Shown piece by piece: positions 28,683-38,442 of a stretch of DNA of 64,000 nucleotides. Below the pieces are notes generated by a model. It was not told the DNA's origin, made no database searches, and saw nothing but the letters and a program-made list of their open reading frames with translations. The stretch covers positions 64,001-128,000 of the forward strand of contig JAVLKG010000011.1 in NCBI GenBank assembly GCA_032128875.1, read 5' to 3'. Source of the stretch: Candidatus Melainabacteria bacterium 17Bon1m (GTDB lineage Bacteria; Cyanobacteriota; Vampirovibrionia; Obscuribacterales; Obscuribacteraceae). Position 1 is the stretch's first letter; each line of letters starts with the position of its first letter. A program made the position numbers and the translations under genes.

Positions 28683-30005
28683 ATGAACATAAATTGGCTG
28701 AATAGGCGTGCCGTCTCATTGTCGGTCGCATTTTCATTGGCGCTGGGATTCTCAGTGGCACCATTTTCGGTGCCTGCTGCAGTTTGTGCGCAAACCACCG
28801 GTAGTGCCGCCACTATTACTGATATAACGCCGGCGATTGAAGAAGAGAGTTCTGATGCCGGCGAGGCACAAAAGGTAAGTTCGGCTCAAGCGACCAAGGC
28901 TAGTGCTGATACAGCAAAAGCAAATAGTGAAATAACAAAAGCAAGTAGTGAAATAACGAAGCCAACCTCTGCAGCGGGCGCGAAAACCGGTGCCAGCAGC
29001 GCCAAAGACGTCGACGGTAAGCTGTTGAAAGGATCGGCTACGAAAGACGTCGATCGCTCTCCTATCCTTGATGGAGTTGTGCAAACGATACCACCGGGAG
29101 TGGACGTCAACCTTACTTTGAATTGCTTTCTGAATTCCGAACTCACACAAATCGGCGATGAATTATGTGCACGAGTATCAGTAGATGTGAAAGACGGCAG
29201 CAAAGTGATGTTGCCCGAGGGATGGTACATACGGGGGCTTGTCACCGATTCGGCTGGACGAAAAAGACATTCGCGCGACGGATATATCGAAGTGACATTC
29301 GATAAGCTCATTAGTCCAGATGGAGATATCGAACTCCAATTTCCCGCTAAGTTTTCTACCAAGGACAGCACACTCAAGTCTGTTGCCAAAGTCGCTATGA
29401 TCGATACCGCGATGGTCACAAAAGGCGCCATCAAGGGTGGTTTGCTCGGTCTCAAATACGGAGGCATTCCGGCAGCGGTTGCTTCTTACGGTATCGTCCC
29501 TGGTTCTACTGCTGCCGCCGGCGCAGCTTGGTATGGATACAAAGCTTTGCGCAGGCAGGGCGAGATTCGCAATTTTGCGCCAGGAGAAGTAATCAAATTG
29601 AAGACCGCAGGGCCGATCTCCTTGCCTGGTTTCAACGTAAGAGCTTTACCTTCGTATCAAAAGGCGCCACCGCTGCGCGGTGCCGTCATCAACGTCAACA
29701 AATGCTGGTTTATGCCGGACGAACGCGACAAGAAAGCCCAGTTGTTGAAGGTCGATTTCACCTTCGTCAATGAGACAAAGCGGACGTACAGCTTCCGTGA
29801 TTTCATCGTCACAACCAACCTGGGGCAGCTCTATTACCCTGAATTTGCGTCGCCCTCAAATTACACCCAGATGAAGAAGACGATCCCGCCAAACATGCAG
29901 CAGCGGGGGATTGTTACGTTTAACGTGGATAAAGGGAAGGGTGAGTACTATCTAATATTGATAGACGACTCCCGCAGAGAGCTTTCTCGGGCGTTGATTA
30001 AATAA
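28683..30005 (+). CDS. Exported hypothetical protein
   Basis: Signal-like N-terminus from ATG 28683, Ala/Ser/Thr-rich linker, glycine-rich hydrophobic segment, beta-rich C-terminus. Confidence 0.7.
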   Translation: MNINWLNRRAVSLSVAFSLALGFSVAPFSVPAAVCAQTTGSAATITDITPAIEEESSDAGEAQKVSSAQATKASADTAKANSEITKASSEITKPTSAAGAKTGASSAKDVDGKLLKGSATKDVDRSPILDGVVQTIPPGVDVNLTLNCFLNSELTQIGDELCARVSVDVKDGSKVMLPEGWYIRGLVTDSAGRKRHSRDGYIEVTFDKLISPDGDIELQFPAKFSTKDSTLKSVAKVAMIDTAMVTKGAIKGGLLGLKYGGIPAAVASYGIVPGSTAAAGAAWYGYKALRRQGEIRNFAPGEVIKLKTAGPISLPGFNVRALPSYQKAPPLRGAVINVNKCWFMPDERDKKAQLLKVDFTFVNETKRTYSFRDFIVTTNLGQLYYPEFASPSNYTQMKKTIPPNMQQRGIVTFNVDKGKGEYYLILIDDSRRELSRALIK

Positions 30006-30197
30006 GCCCACGGTTTTCCCCCCTGATAACTGGATCTGAATCCTAAATCGTACTAATATACTTCTGTTGATTAGATCAAAACCTGATGTAATCGAGTTTA
30101 TATCCTCTATATAAAAAGAGGATCAGGATCAAGATCTATATAAGGTCTGGTTAGGCAGGTTTGCAGTTCTCTGGCAGGGAACCGCAGGGGGATATCG

Positions 30198-30887
30198 ATG
30201 AAAGCCCACTTGACTCAAATGCTGCAGTCTTTTCACGGCACTTCTCGCAACCGTCAGGTTGAAGGACAGCTGAGAAAGTTGCAGGGCCAGATTGTTCAGC
30301 TCGAGCGCGGCCTGAAAGAGAAAGAAAGAGAGATTGATAGGCTCCGCCATCAGCTCTCCAACTCTGATGCTCGCTTACAAGAGCTTATGGGTACCGATGT
30401 GCTGACGAATCTTCCGAATCGGCATGTCTTCAAAGAGCACCTCACACATTCGATGAAGCGCGCTTTGAGACTTGGATATTCGTTGTCTCTGATGCTGATA
30501 GATATCGATCACCTTCGCGATATCAATCTTCGTTATGGACACGAAGTAGGCGATGAAGTGCTGATTGAAGTCGGCAAAATACTGAAGAGTTCGGTGCGTG
30601 AGATCGACATGCCTGCCCGTTGGGGTGGCGAAGAGTTGGTCACCGTGCTGCACGAGACGGACGCCGAGGGCGCAATGGTAGTGGCAGAGAGAGTTCGCCG
30701 AAGAATCTCCATGCTGGAAGTGAAGGATCCTAAGACGGGCAAACCGATTAAGATCACCGCAACACTTGCAGTCGCCAGCTATCCACAGCACAGCAACGAT
30801 CCGCAAGGCTTGCTGGAAGCTGCATGCGAAGCGCTCATTGAGGCGAAAGATAAGGGCTGCAATAACGTCCTTACCGCTCAAACTTAA
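30198..30887 (+). CDS. Diguanylate cyclase (coiled coil + GGDEF)
   Basis: DVLTNLPNR, IDID, N..YGHEVGDEVL, REID I-site, RWGGEEL. Confidence 0.92.
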   Translation: MKAHLTQMLQSFHGTSRNRQVEGQLRKLQGQIVQLERGLKEKEREIDRLRHQLSNSDARLQELMGTDVLTNLPNRHVFKEHLTHSMKRALRLGYSLSLMLIDIDHLRDINLRYGHEVGDEVLIEVGKILKSSVREIDMPARWGGEELVTVLHETDAEGAMVVAERVRRRISMLEVKDPKTGKPIKITATLAVASYPQHSNDPQGLLEAACEALIEAKDKGCNNVLTAQT

Positions 30888-30943
30888 ACTTCAACATCTG
30901 TTTCAATCTGTTGACACGATAACGGCACTATCAGTGGTGCCTG

Positions 30944-31339
30944 TTAACTGTCGCCAATAATCGCATCCGCTTCGATTTCGACAAGCATGTCTGGTGATAT
31001 CAGCTTGCTGATTTGAATCATCGAAGTGACCGGTCGAATGTCTTTGAAAAAGGCACCATGAGCCTCTCCGACTGCTTGCCAGTCACGCTCAATGTCGACT
31101 ACGTACATGCGGGTGCGAACAACGTCATTTAGCGAGGCGCCCAAAGCTTTCAACGCCTTCTCTATGTTTTCAATCGTTTGCACTGTTTGCTTGTGTGCAT
31201 CGCCCACTCCAACAAGTTCACCCGCATCATTTGTTGCAGTGGTGCCAGAAACACTGATGTGATTACCCAAACGAACTGCTCGGGAATAGCCGACAATCGG
31301 TTCCCATTTGGTTCCGCTTGCATAGTTGGTGCGTTTCAT
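30944..31339 (-). CDS. RidA/YjgF-family protein
   Basis: [32 protein letters not shown]. Confidence 0.93.
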   Translation of the reverse strand: MKRTNYASGTKWEPIVGYSRAVRLGNHISVSGTTATNDAGELVGVGDAHKQTVQTIENIEKALKALGASLNDVVRTRMYVVDIERDWQAVGEAHGAFFKDIRPVTSMIQISKLISPDMLVEIEADAIIGDS

Positions 31340-31455
31340 TTTCGCCTCGCATTTTTGATGTTTCACAAAACAGGATTTAAAAACATTGGACCGGATCTCT
31401 GACGATCCGATCCAAATGAATTTTCAAATCTAGCTTTCGAATTTGCTTTGAAAAA

Positions 31456-31809
31456 CTATTTGACGTCCAATAGTTCTACGTCGAAAACCAATGTGGCATT
31501 GGGTGGAATTACTCCGCCAGCGCCTCTTGCGCCGTAGCCGAGTTCCGGCGGAATGGTCAGTTTGCGTTTGCCGCCAACTTTCATTGAAGCCACGCCTTCA
31601 TCCCAGCCTTTGATCACTTCGCCGCGTCCAATTGTGAATTGAAACGGTTGTCCGCGATCGCGCGAGCTGTCGAATTTTGTACCGTCGGTGAGCCAGCCGG
31701 TGTAATGTACCGAGACTCTTTGTCCTTGGCTCGGAGATGCTCCGTCGCCAACGTGGTCATCGTTATACTTCAATCCACTTGGAGTTGTAACTTCTTGTGC
31801 TTGAGTCAA
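31456..31809 (-). CDS. FKBP-type peptidyl-prolyl isomerase, cytoplasmic
   Basis: [36 protein letters not shown] before the TTG start. Confidence 0.96.
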   Translation of the reverse strand: MTQAQEVTTPSGLKYNDDHVGDGASPSQGQRVSVHYTGWLTDGTKFDSSRDRGQPFQFTIGRGEVIKGWDEGVASMKVGGKRKLTIPPELGYGARGAGGVIPPNATLVFDVELLDVK

Positions 31810-31839
31810 CTTTCTTCTCCTTAAATCAGTCAGTGAAAA

Positions 31840-32307
31840 CTATTGGACGCCCAATAGTTCAACGTCGAAAATCAAAGTTGCGTTCGGAGGAACTGCGCCG
31901 CCAGCGCCTCTGGAACCATATGCCAGATCTGGTGGAATGGTCAGCTTGCGTCTGCCGCCGACTTTCATCGAAGCAACGCCTTCGTCCCAACCCTTAATTA
32001 CTTCGCCACGTCCCAGGCTGAATTGGAATGGTTCGCCACGGTCACGTGAGCTGTCGAATTTGCTGCCGTTGGTGAGCCAACCGGTGTAGTGCACAGAAAC
32101 TCTTTGACCTTGACGCGGAGATGGTCCACTTCCGACCGTGATGTCTTGATACTTCAAGCCGCTTGGAGTCGTTACACCTTGGCCTTGAGCCAACTTGTTC
32201 TTGTCTTTCGAGAAGAGACCTTTCGCTTCCATTCCTGTTGCTGGTGCAAAAAGAATTGCAAGCAGTGCAGCCGTAGCCGCTAATTTCTTTGAGTTGATTT
32301 CGGTCAT
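31840..32307 (-). CDS. FKBP-type peptidyl-prolyl isomerase with signal peptide
   Basis: Same FKBP motifs, preceded by KKLAATAALLAILFAPATGMEA. Confidence 0.95.
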   Translation of the reverse strand: MTEINSKKLAATAALLAILFAPATGMEAKGLFSKDKNKLAQGQGVTTPSGLKYQDITVGSGPSPRQGQRVSVHYTGWLTNGSKFDSSRDRGEPFQFSLGRGEVIKGWDEGVASMKVGGRRKLTIPPDLAYGSRGAGGAVPPNATLIFDVELLGVQ

Positions 32308-32562
32308 TATTTGCGCCTTTTCACTGACTCGGAATACGATTTATCAATCGCGTCATTATAGCTTCGATATAAATTTGATGCCTGTTGTTAACCACCGCTC
32401 CCAAAACAAAAATTGAAGGTGGCACAAAACTAGGCCTGTTAGCCTTTAGCGGACGTTCGAGCGTGTATCCTTAAGTAACAGTGATTTGGGTATGAAATCA
32501 CTCGGTACCAATGCGCCTTACTTGCCAGGCTTGATGCCTAAGACATTTCAAGGGAATCCACG

Positions 32563-33159
32563 ATGACCAGGTTACTGCTAGTTGACGATCACGAAGAGAC
32601 CAGAATTAAGGTCCGTGAACAGTTGACTCAGGGCGGTTTAATCAAAATTGTCGGCGAGGCGGCAACCTCGGACGAAGCCTGGCGGATGGCTAAAGAACTT
32701 CTGCCCGAAATGGTTTTGCTCGACCTTCACTTGCCGGGTTTTATTCAAACTCACGACCTGATTAAACGACTGGTTTCCCTTCGCAACGGCAAAGTGCTTG
32801 TTTTTGCCAGTCAGAGCAAAGCCGCCGAAGTGCAAGGATTGCTCGATTGTGGCGCCTCTGGTTACGTTATGAAAGATGACCCGCCCGCCCTATTGCGCAT
32901 GGCAATTGTCATGGTCCAGAAAGGCAACAATAATGTTCTGACGCCCAATTTGCCGCGCCATATCACTCACCTTTCACAGGATGAGCGGCATATCCTCACT
33001 TACATCACTATGCGTGGAAAACTCAACAAAGCCGCCGAGCGCATGGGTCTGACGGATGAAGAGTTCAACGAGCACATCGAGTCTCTTGTCGAAAAGTTAG
33101 AACTCGAAGATGCCGACAAGCTAGTTAAATGGGCGAAGAAGCACGGTTTTCAGGTGTAG
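32563..33159 (+). CDS. NarL-like response regulator (receiver + divergent HTH)
   Basis: LLVDDH, VLLDLHLP phosphoacceptor, GASGYVMK. Confidence 0.88.
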   Translation: MTRLLLVDDHEETRIKVREQLTQGGLIKIVGEAATSDEAWRMAKELLPEMVLLDLHLPGFIQTHDLIKRLVSLRNGKVLVFASQSKAAEVQGLLDCGASGYVMKDDPPALLRMAIVMVQKGNNNVLTPNLPRHITHLSQDERHILTYITMRGKLNKAAERMGLTDEEFNEHIESLVEKLELEDADKLVKWAKKHGFQV

Positions 33160-33276
33160 CCTGGCAGTGCCGGCGGCTTGCCGGATATTTTTTATGTGAG
33201 AGCACACTGCATGCGACCAATTTTTTGACGAGCGCGTGAGACGCGCCCCCACGGCTGTCTATCTGTTCATCAAGAT

Positions 33277-34002
33277 TTACTTCGGGGCCACAAACGGCGT
33301 GATGACAATGAGCCCCAGTAGCAGGCTCCCGAATATGACTGCACACAGTTCAAGCGACGAAAACGCCTGTCTGACCAACGCATCCTTTGGCTCGTGCTGT
33401 TTCCAATATTGATTTAGCCAATGCTGCGCGACTGCCATGGGGGCAAACGACGTCAGGCAAAAGAGAAACAGCGTAGAAGGCAAATTGCCCAGCATGTATA
33501 AAGCGAACATCGCCGTCAAAAGTAGGCCGGCCGTGATTCTTGGGTGCTTTGCACGGTATGTGTTCTTGTCAGGCTCGATTCTTGCAATCTGGTTGAATAG
33601 CTGAAAAGCCAGAAAGAGGTTTAGCAACGGCACAAACATTCCAAGCGTCAAAAGAATTGGATCTCGTCCCTTGACGCCTTCCAGCTCGGCGCCTCCAGTG
33701 TAAGCAACCAGCCTTTCGTCCGCTTCTTCTTCGCCTGCCGCAAGCTTTTGAGCGTGAATCATCAGCGACCAGTTCTTTGCAAACCAGAAGGGTGAATAGG
33801 TTGCAAGTGTGAGGATATGCAAGACGATGACATGCCAAACAGGCTGCCTCCGCGACTCTTGCAGATATGTCGCTTCCTCTTTCTTCTCTGTGACAGAAGT
33901 AATGACCAAAACTCCAGTTGATGCCAATTTTGTGCACAAATTGCTTGTGCCAGACGGTATTATAATCGTCAGCCAAATGGACGTTCGGGGAGCAACCCAC
34001 AA
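33277..34002 (-). CDS. Membrane hypothetical protein (start uncertain)
   Basis: Several hydrophobic segments; LHILTLATYSPFWF motif. Confidence 0.7.
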   Translation of the reverse strand: MWVAPRTSIWLTIIIPSGTSNLCTKLASTGVLVITSVTEKKEEATYLQESRRQPVWHVIVLHILTLATYSPFWFAKNWSLMIHAQKLAAGEEEADERLVAYTGGAELEGVKGRDPILLTLGMFVPLLNLFLAFQLFNQIARIEPDKNTYRAKHPRITAGLLLTAMFALYMLGNLPSTLFLFCLTSFAPMAVAQHWLNQYWKQHEPKDALVRQAFSSLELCAVIFGSLLLGLIVITPFVAPK

Positions 34003-34087
34003 GACACGCCGTGGCTGAAGCTTTGAAACGACGCGCTTCTTGGCGACGTCGACTCAGAAATCGTGAGCGCAAGCGAGGGAAAGATAA

Positions 34088-34432
34088 ATGGTTAATTCGG
34101 TCATACTTGTCGGACGAGCTGGGCGCGATCCTGAAATGCGCTATTTCGAGTCGGGTCGTGTCAAGACCACATTCAGTCTCGCTGTAAATCGTCCTACTAA
34201 GGACAAAGAAACCGACTGGTTCGATATCGAAATTTGGGGACGTCAGGCTGAAATCGCCGGCGAATACGTACGCAAAGGCAGCTTGATCGGCATCGAGGGT
34301 AGACTTGATTTCAGCAAGTGGACCGATGACGGTGGCAATAAGAACGTTCGCCCGATTATCAACGCCAATGGCTTGAGACTGCTCGGCAGCAAACGCGATA
34401 ACGAAGCCAACATGTCGATGTCCGACGAATAG
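34088..34432 (+). CDS. ssb: Single-stranded DNA-binding protein, short form
   Basis: NSVILVGRAGRDPEMRY, FSLAVNR, TDWF, KGSLIGIEGRL; no DDIPF-type tail. Confidence 0.95.
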   Translation: MVNSVILVGRAGRDPEMRYFESGRVKTTFSLAVNRPTKDKETDWFDIEIWGRQAEIAGEYVRKGSLIGIEGRLDFSKWTDDGGNKNVRPIINANGLRLLGSKRDNEANMSMSDE

Positions 34433-34507
34433 TTCGAAGCAAAGCAACTTTCGACTTAGACGAAACGTTCGACAGAGAGCGTTCGACTCTTCTAAAAACC
34501 GAGGACC

Positions 34508-36136
34508 GTGGCCACTAGTGCTGCTCAGATTGGCTGGATAGATTACGTCATCATCGGCGTTTACTTCGTCTTTGTCATCGGCATTGGTTATGTTCTCAAA
34601 GGTAAGATGAAGTCCAGCGAGGACTTTTTCCTATCGGGGCACAACATCCCAAGCTGGGTGACCGGGCTTGCTTTTCTTTCTGCAAACCTGGGCGCCATCG
34701 AAGTAATGGGCATGGCTGCCAATGCTGCTCAGTACGGTGTGATGACCGCACACTTCTATTGGATCGGCGCGATACCGGCGATGGTGTTTCTTGCTGTATT
34801 CATGATGCCGTTTTACTACGGCTCTAAAGTGCGCAGTGTGCCTGAATATCTGAAGATGCGCTTCAATGAGCCAACGCGCGCACTGAATGCAATTTCGTTT
34901 GCAGTCATGACTGTGCTGATGTCGGGCATCAATCTATACGCCATGGCGTTGGTGTTCAAACTACTCTTGAACTGGTCCATCGACGCTTCGATATTCGCAG
35001 CCGCCGGTGTGGTTCTTGCTTACACTTACATGGGCGGATTGACCTCGTCTATCTACAACGAAGTCATGCAGTTTTTCCTGATCGTTTTCGGATTACTCCC
35101 AATTTCGATCATCGGTTTGTGCAAAGTAGGTGGATGGGCTGGGCTTTGTGAAAAACTCAAAGAGCCTGCATTTGCGCATCTTTGGATGCATGCCGGCACA
35201 TCTGCGAATCCAATGGGCGTTGATTGGATTGCCATTTGCTCTGGTCTTGGTTTTGTTCTTTCCTTCGGATATTGGTGCACTGACTTTCTCGTCATTCAGC
35301 GAGCGCTGGCGGCGGAAAGTCTTCCTGCTGCTCAGAGAACGCCGCTGATCGCTGCATTCCCGAAAGTTCTCTTCCCTGCCCTTACTGTTTTGCCTGGGCT
35401 GATTGCACTGGTGCTGATACCCGGCCTGGGTTCGAACAATGAAGGCATGCGCTATGACATGGCGCTCCCCTTGCTGCTTCCGATGATGTATCCGAGCGGT
35501 ATGTTAGGCGTTGGTTTGACCGCGATGCTGGCAAGCTTCATGTCCGGAATGGCCGGTAATGTCACCGCATTTAATACCGTCTGGACCTATGACCTTTATC
35601 AGAGTTACATTCGCCCCAATCAATCAGATCAGCATTATCTCTGGATGGGAAAAGTTGCAACTGCAGTCGGCATCCTAATTAGCATCGCCACTGCTTATAT
35701 TGCCATGGGCTTTCCAAGCATCATGGACTATATGCAGAATATCTTCTCATTCTTTAACGCGCCGCTTTTTGCAACATTCTTGCTCGGTATGTTCTGGAAG
35801 CGCACCACACCATGGGCTGCTTTCTTTGGTCTCGTAATCGGCACTCTGACCGCTATTTTGCATTTCTACGTTTTGACTGGCCATGAACCGTTTGTCTACA
35901 CATCGGTTATGGCTGGAAATTTCTGGCGCTCGACTTTTGCCTGGTTGGCGTGTTTCATTTCGACAATTGTCATTTCGTTCTTCACAAAGCCCAAGCCTGA
36001 AGAAGAGCTTGAGGGGCTGGTTTGGGGCAAGCCCAAAGAAGTTTCGACTGAGGTTTTGGTTTGGTACAAACGTCCAGGCATTCTTGCGATTATCATCCTG
36101 GTTTTCACAATCGCTTTGAATTTTCTCTTCTGGTAG
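34508..36136 (+). CDS. Sodium:solute symporter (SSS family, probably sugar)
   Basis: SSEDFFLSG, SVPEYLKMRF, YTYMGGL, YWCTDFLVIQRALAA, about 14 TM segments. Confidence 0.95.
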   Translation: MATSAAQIGWIDYVIIGVYFVFVIGIGYVLKGKMKSSEDFFLSGHNIPSWVTGLAFLSANLGAIEVMGMAANAAQYGVMTAHFYWIGAIPAMVFLAVFMMPFYYGSKVRSVPEYLKMRFNEPTRALNAISFAVMTVLMSGINLYAMALVFKLLLNWSIDASIFAAAGVVLAYTYMGGLTSSIYNEVMQFFLIVFGLLPISIIGLCKVGGWAGLCEKLKEPAFAHLWMHAGTSANPMGVDWIAICSGLGFVLSFGYWCTDFLVIQRALAAESLPAAQRTPLIAAFPKVLFPALTVLPGLIALVLIPGLGSNNEGMRYDMALPLLLPMMYPSGMLGVGLTAMLASFMSGMAGNVTAFNTVWTYDLYQSYIRPNQSDQHYLWMGKVATAVGILISIATAYIAMGFPSIMDYMQNIFSFFNAPLFATFLLGMFWKRTTPWAAFFGLVIGTLTAILHFYVLTGHEPFVYTSVMAGNFWRSTFAWLACFISTIVISFFTKPKPEEELEGLVWGKPKEVSTEVLVWYKRPGILAIIILVFTIALNFLFW

Positions 36137-36157
36137 TGGCGCATATGGTGGAAGAAA

Positions 36158-36373
36158 ATGCTTGATATTCGCATACCAATCGCCGCACTTTTCATAGTTG
36201 TAGGCGTTCTCTTAGTCGGCTACGGCTTTGTCGTTCCAACTGCAGTTGATGTGCCATTGAATGGAACTACTTATTCATTCAATTTGAACCGTGACTGGGG
36301 CGCGATAATCTTCTTGTTCGGAATATTCATGGGCACGCTGGTAAAGATGGACAAAGCGAAACCCTCAAAATAA
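36158..36373 (+). CDS. Small two-TM protein accompanying the SSS transporter
   Basis: LDIRIPIAALF...G; two hydrophobic helices; 21 bp after the symporter stop. Confidence 0.75.
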   Translation: MLDIRIPIAALFIVVGVLLVGYGFVVPTAVDVPLNGTTYSFNLNRDWGAIIFLFGIFMGTLVKMDKAKPSK

Positions 36374-36580
36374 CGCATTGTTGCGCGATTTCATTTTGCG
36401 TGCTATATGTATGTATGGTATCGACTGTATCACAAGATACGCCGTCTGAGCGGTTCTTCGCCGCTTTGTCGGATTCCGTCTGCCTACGCGTAGGACGAGG
36501 TTTTGAAATATACTGGAATAAAGCTTATTAACGCGCCGACTCGTCTTTTTAATACAAGAGCCGCTTAGGAGGTTAAGTCA

Positions 36581-37096
36581 ATGAGTGACAGTGAAATGGA
36601 AAAACCTATAGCAGCGCTTCACTCCGCTATTAAAGAGATGGTGCAGCAGCAGCGTCAAACTAATGAGCGACTAGACTCAGTTTCGACCGAAGTGAGATCT
36701 GGTCTGCAGGTTTTAGCGGATAAGCAAGATAAAACAAACGAGCGTTTGGACAAAACAAACGAGCGTTTGGACAAAACAAACGAGCGTCTTGATTTTGTAG
36801 CTTTGGAGTTTCGAGCTGGATTTGATTATCTGTCCAAAGAGCAGATCAAGACTAATGAAAAATTGGATAAGACCAACGCGAAGCTTGATTCTACGATTAC
36901 AACCCTCAACGATTTCAAAGTCCATGTGAGCAAGAAATTGGATGGCGTCGGAACCTACCTCATGTCGATTGATGATCAGCTCCACAATCATGAGAAGTGG
37001 TTGCGAAGATTGGACGATCGACTATACGAACAGGATAAATGGATACGCAAGCTCAGCGACCGCATAGTTCAAAGCGAATCGCCTAAGGACACATAG
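36581..37096 (+). CDS. Heptad-repeat coiled-coil protein
   Basis: Strong AGGAGG RBS; repeated DKTNERL units. Confidence 0.8.
   Translation: MSDSEMEKPIAALHSAIKEMVQQQRQTNERLDSVSTEVRSGLQVLADKQDKTNERLDKTNERLDKTNERLDFVALEFRAGFDYLSKEQIKTNEKLDKTNAKLDSTITTLNDFKVHVSKKLDGVGTYLMSIDDQLHNHEKWLRRLDDRLYEQDKWIRKLSDRIVQSESPKDT
36728..36790 (+). repeat. 21-bp tandem repeat x3 encoding DKTNERL
   Basis: GA(T/C)AAAACAAACGAGCGT(TTG/CTT), three copies. Confidence 0.9.
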
Positions 37097-37101
37097 GTAG
37101 G

Positions 37102-37743
37102 CTAGCGTTCTTTCACCAAAGAAAGAAAGTGATTGCGCACGTCTACTGTTTTGATGTGGATGACTCGCCCTGATTTGATTAAGTGTTCCAAGCTCAAATC
37201 GCACGCGACTAACATCGCGGCATCGAGATCTGCCTTTTTATTTGGATTGTTCTTCAACGCATTCCAAATTGGATCGGTGAAATCTTTGGGGCGAGATTCT
37301 TCCAAACAATCAGCGAGGAAAACAACTTTAGACAAATTGGTCATGCCGACTTTGCCGAGAGTATGCTCTGCAACTGCGTCAAGCAAGTCTTGATGTTTGA
37401 TGTTCAGTTCGTCTCTTGCGACAAAAGCTGCGACGGGTCCATGCAGTAAATGACCATTCTCTTTTTCAACATCATTCAGTTTTAGACCATAGGACAGAGC
37501 TGCTTTTACCAGCTCTTTGTCTTTCCATTCCTTGCAGCCGTCGTGAAGCCAACCGGCAAGCTCTGAGAGAAACGCATCTTCTGCTGCAAGTTCTGCTATT
37601 TCTTTTCCAACAGCCGCAACACCTTCGATGTGCCGAAACCGCTTTTCAGTGACGCGAGGTTTCGCCCACTTGCGTGCAGCTTCCAGAGTCAAATCTTCCG
37701 GAATACCTTTGTACTTCAATTTGATGGAAGAGTTCTTGCTCAT
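37102..37743 (-). CDS. yqeK: HD-domain Ap4A hydrolase YqeK
   Basis: KRFRHIEGV, LHDGCK, LLHGP, EHTLG, FLADCLE; follows nadD. Confidence 0.88.
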   Translation of the reverse strand: MSKNSSIKLKYKGIPEDLTLEAARKWAKPRVTEKRFRHIEGVAAVGKEIAELAAEDAFLSELAGWLHDGCKEWKDKELVKAALSYGLKLNDVEKENGHLLHGPVAAFVARDELNIKHQDLLDAVAEHTLGKVGMTNLSKVVFLADCLEESRPKDFTDPIWNALKNNPNKKADLDAAMLVACDLSLEHLIKSGRVIHIKTVDVRNHFLSLVKER

Positions 37744-38429
37744 TTCGAATTCGCGTTTGACTTTGTTTTCGATTGAACGGCGTGGCGTTCGGTGTAATAG
37801 CCTTCGCTCATCAGCATTTCATTGACTTCCCGGGGCACCATGTAGCGAACCGATTTTCCTTCTCTTAGTCTTTCGCGAATGCCGGAGCTTGAGATGGCTA
37901 CGCCTGGAAAATCGATTAGAGCCCAATCCGCATCTTTCGGCATGTTGTACTTTTCCGGATCCGGATTTGACTCTGTTTTCTGCATTTTTCTTACGAGTGG
38001 ATTTGTCTGTTCAGTCTCGTATTCCAGACGTGGAGCCACAAGAATACGGCACGCCTTAATTAGTTCATCGACTTTGTGCCAACTTCCAATCTGCACAAAA
38101 TTGTCGCCACCGATGATGAAGTTGAGTTTTACCTCAGGACCAAACTTTTCGTGAAAGTATTCCATCGTGTCGGCTGTATACGAGAGTCCTTGCCGTTTTA
38201 TTTCAACATCGGACGCTTCGAAGAAATTATTTGTCGACACCGCTGCTAATACCAATTTGTGGCGAGATTCTTGATCGAGCTGTTCGTCGTCTCTGTGGGG
38301 CGGAGTGCCACTGGTTACGAAAATAACTTTTTCGAGTTGAAATTGAACTCGCGCAAACTCAGCAATCAACAGATGTCCGTGGTGAATCGGGTTGAAAGTT
38401 CCGCCGAAAATTCCGACCTGTCTGGTCAC
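37740..38429 (-). CDS. nadD: Nicotinate-nucleotide adenylyltransferase
   Basis: GIFGGTFNPIHHGH, SYTADT, FIIGGD, ISSSGIR. GTG 38429 follows AAGGA. Confidence 0.96.
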   Translation of the reverse strand: MTRQVGIFGGTFNPIHHGHLLIAEFARVQFQLEKVIFVTSGTPPHRDDEQLDQESRHKLVLAAVSTNNFFEASDVEIKRQGLSYTADTMEYFHEKFGPEVKLNFIIGGDNFVQIGSWHKVDELIKACRILVAPRLEYETEQTNPLVRKMQKTESNPDPEKYNMPKDADWALIDFPGVAISSSGIRERLREGKSVRYMVPREVNEMLMSEGYYTERHAVQSKTKSNANSK

Positions 38430-38442
38430 TGTTGATTCCTTA

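Noticed and set aside
30006-30197. c-di-GMP riboswitch upstream of the diguanylate cyclase
   Set aside because: Only short inverted repeats (e.g. TCCTCT...AGAGGA); no recognisable class I or II core.
33569-34447. 292-aa minus-strand ORF
   Set aside because: Overlaps ssb antisense and the membrane gene out of frame; no recognisable motifs.
36728-36790. Tandem repeats as a CRISPR array
   Set aside because: No spacers, in-frame coding repeats, and no cas genes.
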